Position numbers and translations under genes: made by a program. A stretch of DNA of 64,000 nt from Polaribacter sp. (GTDB lineage Bacteria > Bacteroidota > Bacteroidia > Flavobacteriales > Flavobacteriaceae), in the NCBI GenBank assembly GCA_965661915.1, contig CBFIFR010000001.1:23797-87796 (forward strand), written 5' to 3'. The notes under the pieces were generated by a model. The model searched no databases and was not told the DNA's origin. It saw only the letters and a list, made by a program, of their open reading frames with translations. Below are positions 10,185 to 20,616 of this stretch, piece after piece. Position 1 is the first letter of the stretch. Each line of letters opens with the position of its first letter.

Positions 10185-10373
10185 GCAGCATCTTGATTTG
10201 GGAAACAAATCTTTAGATGTCGCTTATCCCAAACTTGATTTGGAATCTATTTAAGCAGAGAGCAAAAATTATATTAAGACTTTTTTGTAAATCGCTTATC
10301 CCGTTGAAAAACGAGATCTTAAAGGCAATCCTTCTAAGCTACAATTAGTTTAGAGTCTATATAAATGTAAAAC

Positions 10374-10403
10374 GCAATCATTAATTTGATTGCGTTTTTT
10401 TGT
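10374..10403 (+). terminator. Terminator hairpin, copy 1 of a 30-bp direct repeat
   Basis: (AAAC)GCAATCAttaattTGATTGCGTTTTTTT; repeated at 12001-12030 with one mismatch. Confidence 0.75.
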
Positions 10404-10417
10404 ATATTTGTAATAAA

Positions 10418-11968
10418 ATGAAAAAAAATATTTATCTCTTAACAATCTTCTTTAGTTGCAGTTTTTTCTCTCAAAATTTAACAGTCGATTGGCTTTATAA
10501 ACCTAATAAATCCATAACATCAATAGCAACTGACAACCAAGACAATATTATTTTTACTACTAGCTCATACAAAACATATAACGATTATGTAAATAATAAA
10601 CCTATAAGTACCATAGGAAAATTAAATTTAAAAGGAGAATTGATTTGGAGCAATGAAATTAAATTAATTAAGAATTTAAAAATTGAAACAGCCTCTGATG
10701 GATCAATTTTCTTAATTGGTACTTTTAAAGGTTCAGTAGATTTTAACCCTAATAATTCTGAAACATACAATGTAGATTCCAATTCAACAGATGCTTTCTT
10801 ATTAAAACTAGATAAGAATGGTAACTTTATTTGGGTTAGAGTTTTTAGCTCTAATAAAGATGTTAAATTTGGAGATTTTGATGTTTCAAACAATTTTATT
10901 TTTTTAACTGATAACCCAGAAGAACCTCTAGATGTTGATCCAAGTGCTATACGTGAATTATTAGTAAGTGGGCATTTTATTCTAAAACTTAATTTAAATG
11001 GTGAATTTCAAGCCTTAAGAGAAATAAAAAATCAAGATAATTTTACATTTGACATCGTAGTTGATCCAGATGAAAATTGCTATTTATATGGAGCTACATA
11101 TGAATATAGTACTTGTTATACTAGAGTATGTGGCCAATATGGGTCGAGTTTTATATCTGGTACTAAAAATAATATTTCCAAATATGAATTTAATAAAAAT
11201 CTTAACAATGATAACTGGTATCTAAAAGGAATTGGTAGGACAGGCTGGCCTTTTGGTGCTACAGGAGCAATAGAACTTAACGACAATGGTCTTATCATTG
11301 TCAACCAAAGTTTTGGTGTAAACTTTACTCAAAAAATTAGCTATGAAGGAAATCCAAAGTGGAAATATAATGATAGTGATTTTAATGACTCAGGATTGAG
11401 TAAGTTTGTTTTACAAGATAAACTTAATAATATATATACTATTGGAGAATATATTAATAATGGTTTTTTTATTAGAAAAAACGATTTTGAAGGTAATTTA
11501 ATTTGGAATCATTTGTCAGGCACAGGGTTAGAGTACGAGACTTCTCCTTTTTTTCCTGAAAATTACACCAGTGTTACTGGCGCAGCAATAGATAATCAGG
11601 GTAATATTATTTATTCTGGAAGAGCTATTACAAATGATGATCTAGATCCAAGTGCTAAAACATATAATTTATCTTCAAATGGAGCCTTTATTTGTAAGTT
11701 AAAAGAAGATAATTCATTAAGTTTAACTAAAGCCAATAATATATCTTTTAGAATTTTCCCAAATCCTACAACTGATATATTACAAATAGAATCTTCAATC
11801 GAAAATAAAATACAATCTATAAGAGTAATCAATGTAAATGGCAAATTAATTACCAATATTTTAAATCCTGGATCGTCAATAGATTTATCTTCACTTTCTA
11901 AGGGTATTTATTTTGTGAAAATTATTGCGAAACAGGGTGTTTCTCAAACTAAAATTGTTAAAAAGTAA
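10418..11968 (+). CDS. T9SS type A sorting-domain protein with beta-propeller (SBBP-like) repeats
   Basis: Signal peptide, G.F.GSVDF.P and KL..nG..iW repeats, C-terminal domain IFPNPT...LSKGIYFVKI...KIVKK. Confidence 0.85.
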   Translation: MKKNIYLLTIFFSCSFFSQNLTVDWLYKPNKSITSIATDNQDNIIFTTSSYKTYNDYVNNKPISTIGKLNLKGELIWSNEIKLIKNLKIETASDGSIFLIGTFKGSVDFNPNNSETYNVDSNSTDAFLLKLDKNGNFIWVRVFSSNKDVKFGDFDVSNNFIFLTDNPEEPLDVDPSAIRELLVSGHFILKLNLNGEFQALREIKNQDNFTFDIVVDPDENCYLYGATYEYSTCYTRVCGQYGSSFISGTKNNISKYEFNKNLNNDNWYLKGIGRTGWPFGATGAIELNDNGLIIVNQSFGVNFTQKISYEGNPKWKYNDSDFNDSGLSKFVLQDKLNNIYTIGEYINNGFFIRKNDFEGNLIWNHLSGTGLEYETSPFFPENYTSVTGAAIDNQGNIIYSGRAITNDDLDPSAKTYNLSSNGAFICKLKEDNSLSLTKANNISFRIFPNPTTDILQIESSIENKIQSIRVINVNGKLITNILNPGSSIDLSSLSKGIYFVKIIAKQGVSQTKIVKK

Positions 11969-12000
11969 AGTGGTAACACCTCTTAGAATATTTTTTTAAT

Positions 12001-12030
12001 GCAATCATTCATTTGATTGCGTTTTTTTGT
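12001..12030 (+). terminator. Terminator hairpin, copy 2 of the 30-bp direct repeat
   Basis: GCAATCAttcattTGATTGCGTTTTTTTGT. Confidence 0.75.
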
Positions 12031-12074
12031 TAGAACATTTCAAATACCCATCTTTTTAATTACTTTTGAAGTGT

Positions 12075-12959
12075 ATGAAAAATTTATATTTTCTATTTAT
12101 TTTTATGTTTTTCTCAACATGTACAAAAAAAACATACACTCCTTTTAAAATAGGTATAATTGCAGATTGCCAATATTGCGATTGTGAAGTAAAATGGGAT
12201 CGATATTACAAAAAAGCACCTCAAAAATTAAAAGAAGCTATTAATACCTTAAATAAAGATTCTTTAGCTTACACTATTCATTTAGGAGATTTTATAGACA
12301 AAGAGTTTAAAAGTTTAGATAGTATTTTACCAACTTGGAACAGCTTAAAATCAACTTCTTACCACGTTTTAGGTAATCACGATTTTGATGTAAATGATAC
12401 AAATAAACAAAGAGTTATAAAAAAATTAAATCTAAAAAGTAGATATTATAGTTTTATACAAAAAGACTGGCGATTTATAGTTTTAGATGGTAACGATTTA
12501 AGTTTTTATGGAACAACTTCTAAAATTAAAGCACAGCAAACAGACTCACTTTTTAATTTTTTAAAAGATAAAGATTTGCCTTATGTAAAAAAATGGAATG
12601 GAGGTTTAAGCAATAAACAGTTAGCATGGATAAAATCTGAACTAAATTTGGCTGAAAAAGAAAATCAAAAAGTAGGTTTTTATTGCCACTTTCCTATTTA
12701 TCCAATAGACCAACATAATATTTGGAATAGAGATCAGTTAATTTCCTTAATTAAGCCTTATAAAAATGTAAAATTATTTTTTAACGGTCATAATCATGCA
12801 GGTGCTTATAAAATTGTAGACGATGTACATTACCTAACTTTTAAAGGAATGGTAGACACAGAAAACACTTCTGCTTTTGCAAAAGTAACATTTGACAAAG
12901 ACACTGTTTTTATTAAAGGTTTTGAGAGGGAACCATCTCGAAAATTAGTGATTCAATAA
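12075..12959 (+). CDS. Calcineurin-like metallophosphoesterase (ADP-ribose/CDP-alcohol diphosphatase-like)
   Basis: IADCQY, HLGDFID, LGNHD, CHFP and GHNH metal-binding motifs. Confidence 0.85.
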   Translation: MKNLYFLFIFMFFSTCTKKTYTPFKIGIIADCQYCDCEVKWDRYYKKAPQKLKEAINTLNKDSLAYTIHLGDFIDKEFKSLDSILPTWNSLKSTSYHVLGNHDFDVNDTNKQRVIKKLNLKSRYYSFIQKDWRFIVLDGNDLSFYGTTSKIKAQQTDSLFNFLKDKDLPYVKKWNGGLSNKQLAWIKSELNLAEKENQKVGFYCHFPIYPIDQHNIWNRDQLISLIKPYKNVKLFFNGHNHAGAYKIVDDVHYLTFKGMVDTENTSAFAKVTFDKDTVFIKGFEREPSRKLVIQ

Positions 12960-13493
12960 ATGTTTTCTTCAAAAAGGCACAACTCAACCAACTTTTTCAA
13001 ACATACGTTCTGCGAATTTCATCAAGTTGATAATTTTGATTTCCCAGAAAACTCAAACTACAAAAGTAAATCAGAAAGTCAATATTTTTACACAAATGAA
13101 GGCGTTTACAGAAAATCGAATCATTGGGGAAGAGTAGCCAATTGCAGGTGGAAATTAATTGCTGATGATACTTACAAAAATCAAAATGTTGTAATTGCTT
13201 TTGCAAAATGGATAGATTTTTATCCTATCAACTCAACAGAAAAACTCTTTTTTATTCAGGTTGATTTCGATGTTAAAACTGTAAAAATTCATCCGAAGAA
13301 AAAAGAAATCCATCATCATTTATTTAGCTATTCTGAAGCTCAGAAAAGAATAAAGCAAATTCGGTATTTATTTACAAAGGATAAATGGGCAACTTATTAT
13401 AATCTGCCAAAAGATGAACTGATTAAAGAAGTAATTACAACGTTCATCAATTGTGATAAAAGTTTACAAACTATTAAAATATCTTTTAAATAA
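12960..13493 (+). CDS. Hypothetical protein (YRKSNHWGRVANCRW motif)
   Basis: 177-aa ORF that starts immediately after the phosphoesterase stop codon. Confidence 0.7.
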   Translation: MFSSKRHNSTNFFKHTFCEFHQVDNFDFPENSNYKSKSESQYFYTNEGVYRKSNHWGRVANCRWKLIADDTYKNQNVVIAFAKWIDFYPINSTEKLFFIQVDFDVKTVKIHPKKKEIHHHLFSYSEAQKRIKQIRYLFTKDKWATYYNLPKDELIKEVITTFINCDKSLQTIKISFK

Positions 13494-13536
13494 TAAAAAT
13501 CGCTCACCACATTTATTGTAATGAGCGATTTTTATT
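13491..13536. terminator. Bidirectional terminator between convergent genes
   Basis: TAATAAAAATCGCTCA...TGAGCGATTTTTATTA, a 16-bp inverted repeat. Confidence 0.8.
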
Positions 13537-13549
13537 ATACCAAGAAATA

Positions 13550-15268
13550 CTATTGGATAATTCTTTTCACTATTGTAACCTCATTTAATTTTGTGTCAGT
13601 AGCTCTAATTATATAGACGCCAGTTTTTAAATTTCTATTTTCTAATTTTTTACCTAAAACACTATAAACTTCTAATTTCACTTGACTTTTACTGCTAATA
13701 AATCTATTGTTATTTTGATAAACAATTTGTTTTTTATCGTATAAATCATTTTCTTTTAAAGACAACGTAGTATCTAAATTATCCATAGAAAATTTACTTA
13801 TAAAACTACCAAATTTATTGGTTTCTAGCGTTAACGATTTGTCTAGAAAATCTACTGTTCCATTTGTTAATAACGGACCAGAAATGTAAAGATTATCGTT
13901 AAAAAATTCTAAATCAATTCCAAAATTTTGTTGTGGTATATTTCCAAAAGTATCGTAATATTTAAAAAATAGTGTTTTAGAAAAAGCTCCATCTGCACTT
14001 AAAAACTCACTTACAAAAAAACCATTTTCTCCTTCAACTGTAGCACCTTCAATATTTTCACCACTTAAATCGTAACTAAAAGTAGGTCTAATTCTTACGT
14101 TACCATATATAACCGGATTTCCATTAATAATTTCTAAATCGTTTAGCATTTGTGTATAAATTGCTGATGGATTTGGTATTTGTTTAGACCACAAAAATTC
14201 ATTATCAGAACTTAATTTCAAAATTAATATATCCGTCTTTGAGCTTGCTGCTGTTAAGGTTTTATTTACAGATAAATCTGGATCTACATCTACAGAACCA
14301 GAAAATCTACCTGCTATAAAAATATTGTTACTATTATCTAATACTACTTTTACCGGAAAAAATTTTGAAAAAGTAGTATTTGCTGCTAAAGTTTCTACAT
14401 TAGCAATTGTTCCACTATCAGACAAGTTTATAAGTTTTAAAGTTCTGCTACTACCACTTCTTGCTAAAAGAACTGTAAAATCATCAGCAACAGCAAAATC
14501 AACTAAAATTAAATCAACATTATCATTGAGATTAAAACCTGCATCTACGCCTTGAATTCTGTCAATACGGTTTTCTGTTCCATCTAAATTATATTGAATT
14601 ACAACAGCATCATTTAGTGCACCACTATTAGAAGATTCACTAATAATTGAAGAATCATTACTCGTTGTAAAACCAAAATCTACACTTCCTTTTAAAGTTA
14701 AACCAACGTATAACTTATCATTTGCTATTTTAATTTGATGAATAAACTCTTCAGCAAATCCATTTTGTTGCGTATCATAATCAAGATATTCTTTGTACCA
14801 TAAAACATTACCATCTGTATCATATTTAATAATAAAAGAATTGTAATTATCAACTGAACCACTATTTAATACAATAGAATCATCTAAATGTATAATGCCC
14901 TTATAACTACCTGCCACATAAATATTGTTATTATTATCTAAATCTACATGGGTAATTCTAGATATTTCAAGAGGACTTTCATCAATCTTTTCAGTTTTTA
15001 AAACTTTACTCCAAAGCACAGTACCTGTGTTTGATATTTTGGTGATATATGCATTTATATCGCCAATTTCTGGTGTGCTAAACCTGAAATTGTCATCTTC
15101 TGGAGAAAAATCGACATCACCTGTGATAGCTCCTACATTTATCATGTTTCCATTTAAATCTATGGCTACATCATTTTGACTCACATTCCCATTAAAATAA
15201 ACTGTTTGAGACTTTATACTAAAAAAAGTTAGTGCTAAAAAAATAAAAATTGGTAATAATTTGTTCAT
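13550..15268 (-). CDS. Secreted beta-propeller protein with a short T9SS-like C-terminal domain
   Basis: Signal peptide, repeats (GSVDF, IIKYDTDGNVLW, ILKLSSDNEFLW) and C-terminal VYSVLGK...GVYII. Confidence 0.75.
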   Translation of the reverse strand: MNKLLPIFIFLALTFFSIKSQTVYFNGNVSQNDVAIDLNGNMINVGAITGDVDFSPEDDNFRFSTPEIGDINAYITKISNTGTVLWSKVLKTEKIDESPLEISRITHVDLDNNNNIYVAGSYKGIIHLDDSIVLNSGSVDNYNSFIIKYDTDGNVLWYKEYLDYDTQQNGFAEEFIHQIKIANDKLYVGLTLKGSVDFGFTTSNDSSIISESSNSGALNDAVVIQYNLDGTENRIDRIQGVDAGFNLNDNVDLILVDFAVADDFTVLLARSGSSRTLKLINLSDSGTIANVETLAANTTFSKFFPVKVVLDNSNNIFIAGRFSGSVDVDPDLSVNKTLTAASSKTDILILKLSSDNEFLWSKQIPNPSAIYTQMLNDLEIINGNPVIYGNVRIRPTFSYDLSGENIEGATVEGENGFFVSEFLSADGAFSKTLFFKYYDTFGNIPQQNFGIDLEFFNDNLYISGPLLTNGTVDFLDKSLTLETNKFGSFISKFSMDNLDTTLSLKENDLYDKKQIVYQNNNRFISSKSQVKLEVYSVLGKKLENRNLKTGVYIIRATDTKLNEVTIVKRIIQ

Positions 15269-15325
15269 AACATAAAATTTAGATTATCAAAACTAAAACC
15301 GATTACAATCACAACAATATAAAAA

Positions 15326-15355
15326 TGTATCACTGGCTGTTTTTTTTGTATAACT
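15326..15355 (-). promoter_or_regulatory. 9-bp direct repeat with 12-bp spacer (LytTR-type site candidate)
   Basis: TGTATCACT at 15326 and TGTATAACT at 15347 (21-bp period), about 60 bp upstream of the 15268 start. Confidence 0.4.
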
Positions 15356-15491
15356 AACAGTTTTTACATCATACAGTTTTGTTGTACAATACAATCATAT
15401 TAAAAATTGAACTGAGCTATTAAAGAAATTAAAATATTAAAAGCATTCTTTTCCGTAAATTTGTATTTGATTTTAAAATCTACAAATTCAG

Positions 15492-16784
15492 ATGAATATA
15501 CCACAATCAAGTTTTCCTAGAGTAGTAATTATTGGAGGTGGGTTTGCAGGTTTGGCAGCTGCAAAAGGACTGGAACAACAAGAATTGCAAGTGGTTTTAA
15601 TTGATAAGCACAACTACCACACCTTTCAACCTCTACTCTATCAAGTAGCTACAGGTGGTTTAGAGCCAGATTCTATTGCTTTTCCACTTAGAAAACGATT
15701 CAATGATGTGGATAATTTTTATTTTAGATTGGCAGAAGTCGTTAAAATTCATCCTGAAAAAAATGTTTTAGAAACTTCTATTGGAAATTTAGATTATGAT
15801 GAACTCATTATAGCTACAGGTTCAACCACTAACTTTTTTGGTAACACCAACATCCAAAAAAACACAATGGAAATGAAATCTGTGCCACAATCTTTGAATA
15901 TTAGAAGTCTAATTTTAGAGAACTTTGAAGAGGCTTTGCTTACTGATAATATTGAAGAACGTAATGCTTTAATGAATTTTGTTATTGTGGGTGGTGGACC
16001 AACAGGAGTGGAATTAGCTGGTGCTTTGGCTGAAATGAAAAAAGGAATTCTGCCTAAAGATTATCCTGATTTAGACATTCGTCAAATGCAAATTAATTTG
16101 ATACAAAGTTCTGGTGAAATTTTAAAAGGTATGAGCCCACAGGCCTCTGAAAAAGCGGAAGATTTTCTCATTAAATTAGGTGTTAATGTTTGGAAAAATT
16201 TACGTGTTTTAGATTATGATGGCAAAACAGTTACCACAAATGGTTTAGATAATTTTAAGGCAGAAACTGTTATTTGGGCAGCTGGTGTAAAAGGTGAACT
16301 TGTTGAGGGTTTACAAACAGAATGCCTGATAGAAAGAGCAGCAAGAATTAAGGTTAACCAATACAATCAAGTTATAAATTATACTAATATTTATGCAATT
16401 GGTGATGTTGCTTGTATGACCACAAAAGAAAAACCTTTTGGGCACCCAATGATGGCACAACCTGCCATTCAACAAGGAAAATTAGTTGCTAAAAACCTAC
16501 TAGCAAAGTTATTTAACAAAGAGCAAAAGCCTTTTGTTTACAATGATAAAGGATCTATGGCTACAATTGGTAGAAATAAAGCTGTGGTAGATTTGCCAAA
16601 ATGGAAATTTCAAGGAGTTTTTGCTTGGTTTGTGTGGATGTTTGTACATCTTTTTTCGTTGATTGGCTTTAGAAACAAATCCGTTGTTTTTTTAAACTGG
16701 GTGTACAATTATATTCGTTTTGATAGAGAAACGCGCCTAATAATTAGACCTTATAAATCAAAAAATCAGCAAATTAATTTTTAA
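15492..16784 (+). CDS. ndh: Type II NADH dehydrogenase (NDH-2)
   Basis: GGGFAG and GGGPTGVELAG Rossmann motifs, FQPLLYQVAT, GSMATIGR. Confidence 0.9.
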   Translation: MNIPQSSFPRVVIIGGGFAGLAAAKGLEQQELQVVLIDKHNYHTFQPLLYQVATGGLEPDSIAFPLRKRFNDVDNFYFRLAEVVKIHPEKNVLETSIGNLDYDELIIATGSTTNFFGNTNIQKNTMEMKSVPQSLNIRSLILENFEEALLTDNIEERNALMNFVIVGGGPTGVELAGALAEMKKGILPKDYPDLDIRQMQINLIQSSGEILKGMSPQASEKAEDFLIKLGVNVWKNLRVLDYDGKTVTTNGLDNFKAETVIWAAGVKGELVEGLQTECLIERAARIKVNQYNQVINYTNIYAIGDVACMTTKEKPFGHPMMAQPAIQQGKLVAKNLLAKLFNKEQKPFVYNDKGSMATIGRNKAVVDLPKWKFQGVFAWFVWMFVHLFSLIGFRNKSVVFLNWVYNYIRFDRETRLIIRPYKSKNQQINF

Positions 16785-17089
16785 TGAGTACACGAATTAT
16801 TATTTGCCCTAATTGTAAAACAGTAAACAAGAACAACGATTACTGCGAATTTTGCAATACACTAATCTCAGATCAAAAAAAGAGGGCATTAAAAGCAGAA
16901 GGCATTAAACAAAAGCAAATTGATGAGGCTGTTTATGAAATTGAAAACCCCAATTTAACTGAACGTTTAAGAAAACATCCTAACATTTTTTATAATATAT
17001 TAGGCTGGATCTTGTATTCTGTAATTACTGTAGTAAGTGCAATTGGTGCTGGTTTGGCTTGGTTTATTACAATGGTAGCTGCTGGCTAA
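16784..17089 (+). CDS. Small zinc-ribbon membrane protein
   Basis: CPNC...CEFC followed by a C-terminal TM helix; start overlaps the ndh stop. Confidence 0.7.
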   Translation: MSTRIIICPNCKTVNKNNDYCEFCNTLISDQKKRALKAEGIKQKQIDEAVYEIENPNLTERLRKHPNIFYNILGWILYSVITVVSAIGAGLAWFITMVAAG

Positions 17090-17090
17090 A

Positions 17091-17444
17091 ATGAATAAAA
17101 AATTATCTATTTATTGTATTTCATCTATATTTTTAGGTACTATTATTTACCTTTTTCAATTTTTTAATATTGCTTTACCAAAAATCATCAATAATTATTT
17201 GAATGATTTTTTAATTATACCTATTGTACTTTATTTGAGTTTACTTTTCTTAAAATGGTCTAGAAATAACCCTAATTTTACTTTAAAACTATCCATAATT
17301 CTATACGTTTGTTTTATGTATAGCATACTTTTTGAATTTATTTTCCCAAATTATTTAGCAAGATATACCAAAGATTACGTTGATATTATTTTATATTTTG
17401 CAAGCGGATTTATTTTCTACAAACTGCAAAACAAACTCGATTGA
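17091..17444 (+). CDS. Hypothetical membrane protein
   Basis: Hydrophobic; NYLNDF..IP and FE...P....RYT.D..D motifs. Confidence 0.7.
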   Translation: MNKKLSIYCISSIFLGTIIYLFQFFNIALPKIINNYLNDFLIIPIVLYLSLLFLKWSRNNPNFTLKLSIILYVCFMYSILFEFIFPNYLARYTKDYVDIILYFASGFIFYKLQNKLD

Positions 17445-18361
17445 AAAAGCAACATCAAATTTCAAATACAACTGTTACCAGAATTTGTGATGCTATTGTG
17501 TATGTTGAAGAAAATTTAGACAAAAAACTCACTTTAGAAAAAGTTGCTCAAAAAGCCTTTTTTTCTCCTTACCATTTTCATAGATTATTTAGAGTTGTAA
17601 CCAATGAAACTTTACAAAATTTCATCAATAGAAAAAGAATAGAAAAGGCAGCTTCTTATTTATTACATCAAAAAGAAAATACTGTAACAGAAGTTTCAGA
17701 GCTTGTTGGTTATTCCAATTTATCATCATTTTCTAAATCTTTTAAAAAATTCTACGGAATTTCGCCAACCAAATTCAAAGAAATAAGTTCTAATAAATTT
17801 AGCAAGATTAGCAAAACAGAAAGCAAGAACGGACAAACTAAAATTAGTTTAGAGCAATATATTTGCAATGTCAATAACGCATTAAATTGGTTACAAATGC
17901 ACACAAAGCCTGAAGTAAAACAAACACCAAGATTAGATTTAGCATACATTTCTCATAAAGGAAAAATCGAAGCCATTGGTAGTGTTTATAATAAATTAGT
18001 AAAATGGGCAACACCTAAAGGTTTAATCAATGAGCAAACCAGAATGGTTACTATTTATCACGATAGCCCCAAAATTACAGATCCAAATAATATAAGAATG
18101 AGTGCTTGTATTGTTTTAAATGATCCTATTGATTTAGACGATTCAGTAAATTTAAGAATATTAAGTCCTACAAAATGCATTGTTTCTCGTTTCGAAATTA
18201 TACCATTTCAGTTTCAACAAGCTTGGGAATCTTCCCTTGTTTGGATGTCTGAAAATGGCTATCAAAAGGCAGACAAAGATCCTTTTGAAATTTACTACAA
18301 TAACGCTGCAGAACATCCAGAAAATAAGTTTATTGTAGATTTTTGTATTCCGATTTTATAA
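17441..18361 (+). CDS. AraC-family regulator with GyrI-like effector domain
   Basis: N-terminal double HTH (FSPYHFHRLF, GYSNLSSFSKSFKK) and C-terminal GyrI-like domain (YHDSPKIT, FEIYYN). Confidence 0.9.
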   Translation: MKKQHQISNTTVTRICDAIVYVEENLDKKLTLEKVAQKAFFSPYHFHRLFRVVTNETLQNFINRKRIEKAASYLLHQKENTVTEVSELVGYSNLSSFSKSFKKFYGISPTKFKEISSNKFSKISKTESKNGQTKISLEQYICNVNNALNWLQMHTKPEVKQTPRLDLAYISHKGKIEAIGSVYNKLVKWATPKGLINEQTRMVTIYHDSPKITDPNNIRMSACIVLNDPIDLDDSVNLRILSPTKCIVSRFEIIPFQFQQAWESSLVWMSENGYQKADKDPFEIYYNNAAEHPENKFIVDFCIPIL

Positions 18362-18363
18362 AA

Positions 18364-18393
18364 TACAACTCATCAACCTAAACTTACAACTCA
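18364..18393 (+). promoter_or_regulatory. LytTR-type direct repeat upstream of the TonB receptor gene
   Basis: TACAACTCA at 18364 and 18385 (9 bp plus 12-bp spacer); the same box recurs at 20800-20829. Confidence 0.65.
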
Positions 18394-18453
18394 GTATCTC
18401 TTTTTATTTTTTTATCAAGCATCATTACATCTTTGTACCATCAAAAATTAATA

Positions 18454-20613
18454 ATGATGAAACGAATTTTATTTTTACTATTTACCATAACTCAGTTTTC
18501 TTTACTAGCCCAAACTACCATTTCAGGTACAGTTACAGATGCAAAAAAACAACCCATTTTAGGAGCAAGTGTTTATTTAGAAGGCACTTACGATGGTACA
18601 TCAACCAACGAAAAAGGCGAGTTTTCGTTTACATCAGAAGAAAAAGGAACACAAACTTTAGTCATTTCTTTTGTTTCTTTTGAAACTTTTGTAAAAATAG
18701 ATGATGTTTCTACATTCAAAAATTTACAAGTAAAATTAAGAGACGATGTAAATTCTTTAGATGCTGTAACCATAAACGCAGGTACTTTTAAAGCTGGCGA
18801 AAAAGCTAAAGTAACTGTTTTAAAACCTTTAGATATTGTAACTACTGCTAGTGCTATTGGTGATGTTTTAGGTGCTTTACAAACACTACCAGGAACCTCT
18901 TCTGCAGCAGAAGATGGTCGTCTTTTTGTAAGAGGTGGTAATGCAGACGAAACGCAAATTTTTATAGATGGTGTTCGTGTTTTTACACCTTACAGTCCTT
19001 CTCCAAACAATGCCCCAACTCGTGGACGCTATTCTCCTTTTTTATTCAAGGGAATTACGTTTTCTACTGGTGGTTATTCTGCTGAATATGGCCAAGCTTT
19101 ATCTGGAGTTTTAGATTTAACAACCATAGACAAACCAGACCAAGAAAAAACAGATGTTTCTTTAATGACGGTTGGTGTTGGAGTTGGTAACACGCAAATT
19201 TGGGGTAAGAACTCGTTAAGTGTAAATACCTCTTATATTAATTTGCAACCTTATACAGAACTATTTCCAGATAGAAATACTTGGTTGAGTCCTTTTCAAT
19301 CTGCAAGTGGAGAAGCTGTGTATAGATATAGTTTTAAAGATGATTCTATGTTAAAAGTTTATGGGGCTTTTAGTTACACAGATTTAGATATGATACAAGA
19401 TGATATTAATTTCGAAGATGGTTTTCGATTTGGATTACGAAATAGAAACCTTTACATTAATAGCACTTACAAAAACAAATTTGGGAATAATTGGAGAATT
19501 CAAACTGGTATTAGTTTTACAAATGATAATTCAACATTAAAAGTGATCGATGATCGCATCAATAATACTGAAAACTCAGCACATTTTAAAGTAAAATTAA
19601 AAAAGCAGTTTACAAACAGATTTCGAATTTCGTTTGGTTCAGAATATTTTATCACCAATTTCGATGAAAAATATACACCAATTCACAATCAAGAATTTGA
19701 GTATGGTTTTAACAACAATGTATTTGCGTCATTTGCAGAAACAGACGTTTTTTTCTCTAAAAATTTGGCAGCTAAATTGGGTGTACGAGCAGAACACTCG
19801 AATGTTTTGAATGAATTTACTCTTTCTCCAAGAGCATCATTATCTTATAAATCAGGTAAAAACAGTCAGTTTTCGTTAGCATATGGGCAGTTTTATCAAA
19901 ACCCGAGTAACAATTATTTAAAATTCAGTCAAAATTTTAAAGCAGAAAACGCCTCTCATCTCATTGCTAATTTTCAACACTCAAAACAAAATCAAATTTT
20001 TAGAGTCGAAGCTTACTATAAAGACTATAATGATCTCGTAAAATTTGATACTGATATGCCAAATTTTAACTCAAATTTTTCAAGTAATGGTAGTGGTTTC
20101 GCAAAAGGTATTGATGTATTTTGGAGACAAAACGGAAAAATTAAAAACACAGATTATTGGGTTTCTTACTCTTTTTTAGACACAGAAAGAGATTTTAGAA
20201 ACTACCCAACCATAGCCACACCAGATTTTGCTTCCTCTCATAATTTTTCTTTTGTAGCCAAACATTGGGTAGAAAAATGGAAAAGTCAGTTGGGTATTAC
20301 CTACAATTTTGCATCTGGTAGAACGTATACCAATCCAAATAAAACTGGCTTTTTAAACCACAAAACCAAGGCTTACAATGCTGTAAGTTTAAATTGGGCA
20401 TATTTAATTGATCAACAAAAAATCTTATATTTTTCTGTAAACAATGCTTTAGGTACCAAAAATGTGTTTGGATATAATTACAAGAACACTCCAGATGTCA
20501 ATGGAAATTTCGACAGGCAAGCTATTGTGCCAAATGCAGACAGTTTCTTTTTTGTTGGTTTCTTTTGGACCATTAGCGATGATAAAAAATCAAATCAACT
20601 CAATAATTTATAA
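18454..20613 (+). CDS. TonB-dependent receptor with N-terminal carboxypeptidase-regulatory-like domain
   Basis: ISGTVTD...GASVY, plug motifs LPG...LFVRGG...FIDG and GGYSAEYG, beta-barrel C-terminus. Confidence 0.9.
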   Translation: MMKRILFLLFTITQFSLLAQTTISGTVTDAKKQPILGASVYLEGTYDGTSTNEKGEFSFTSEEKGTQTLVISFVSFETFVKIDDVSTFKNLQVKLRDDVNSLDAVTINAGTFKAGEKAKVTVLKPLDIVTTASAIGDVLGALQTLPGTSSAAEDGRLFVRGGNADETQIFIDGVRVFTPYSPSPNNAPTRGRYSPFLFKGITFSTGGYSAEYGQALSGVLDLTTIDKPDQEKTDVSLMTVGVGVGNTQIWGKNSLSVNTSYINLQPYTELFPDRNTWLSPFQSASGEAVYRYSFKDDSMLKVYGAFSYTDLDMIQDDINFEDGFRFGLRNRNLYINSTYKNKFGNNWRIQTGISFTNDNSTLKVIDDRINNTENSAHFKVKLKKQFTNRFRISFGSEYFITNFDEKYTPIHNQEFEYGFNNNVFASFAETDVFFSKNLAAKLGVRAEHSNVLNEFTLSPRASLSYKSGKNSQFSLAYGQFYQNPSNNYLKFSQNFKAENASHLIANFQHSKQNQIFRVEAYYKDYNDLVKFDTDMPNFNSNFSSNGSGFAKGIDVFWRQNGKIKNTDYWVSYSFLDTERDFRNYPTIATPDFASSHNFSFVAKHWVEKWKSQLGITYNFASGRTYTNPNKTGFLNHKTKAYNAVSLNWAYLIDQQKILYFSVNNALGTKNVFGYNYKNTPDVNGNFDRQAIVPNADSFFFVGFFWTISDDKKSNQLNNL

Positions 20614-20616
20614 TAG

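Noticed and set aside
10185-10320. Short repeats after dnaK (CTTGATTTGG twice, TCGCTTATCCC twice)
   Set aside because: Look like degenerate REP remnants; too decayed to define a feature.
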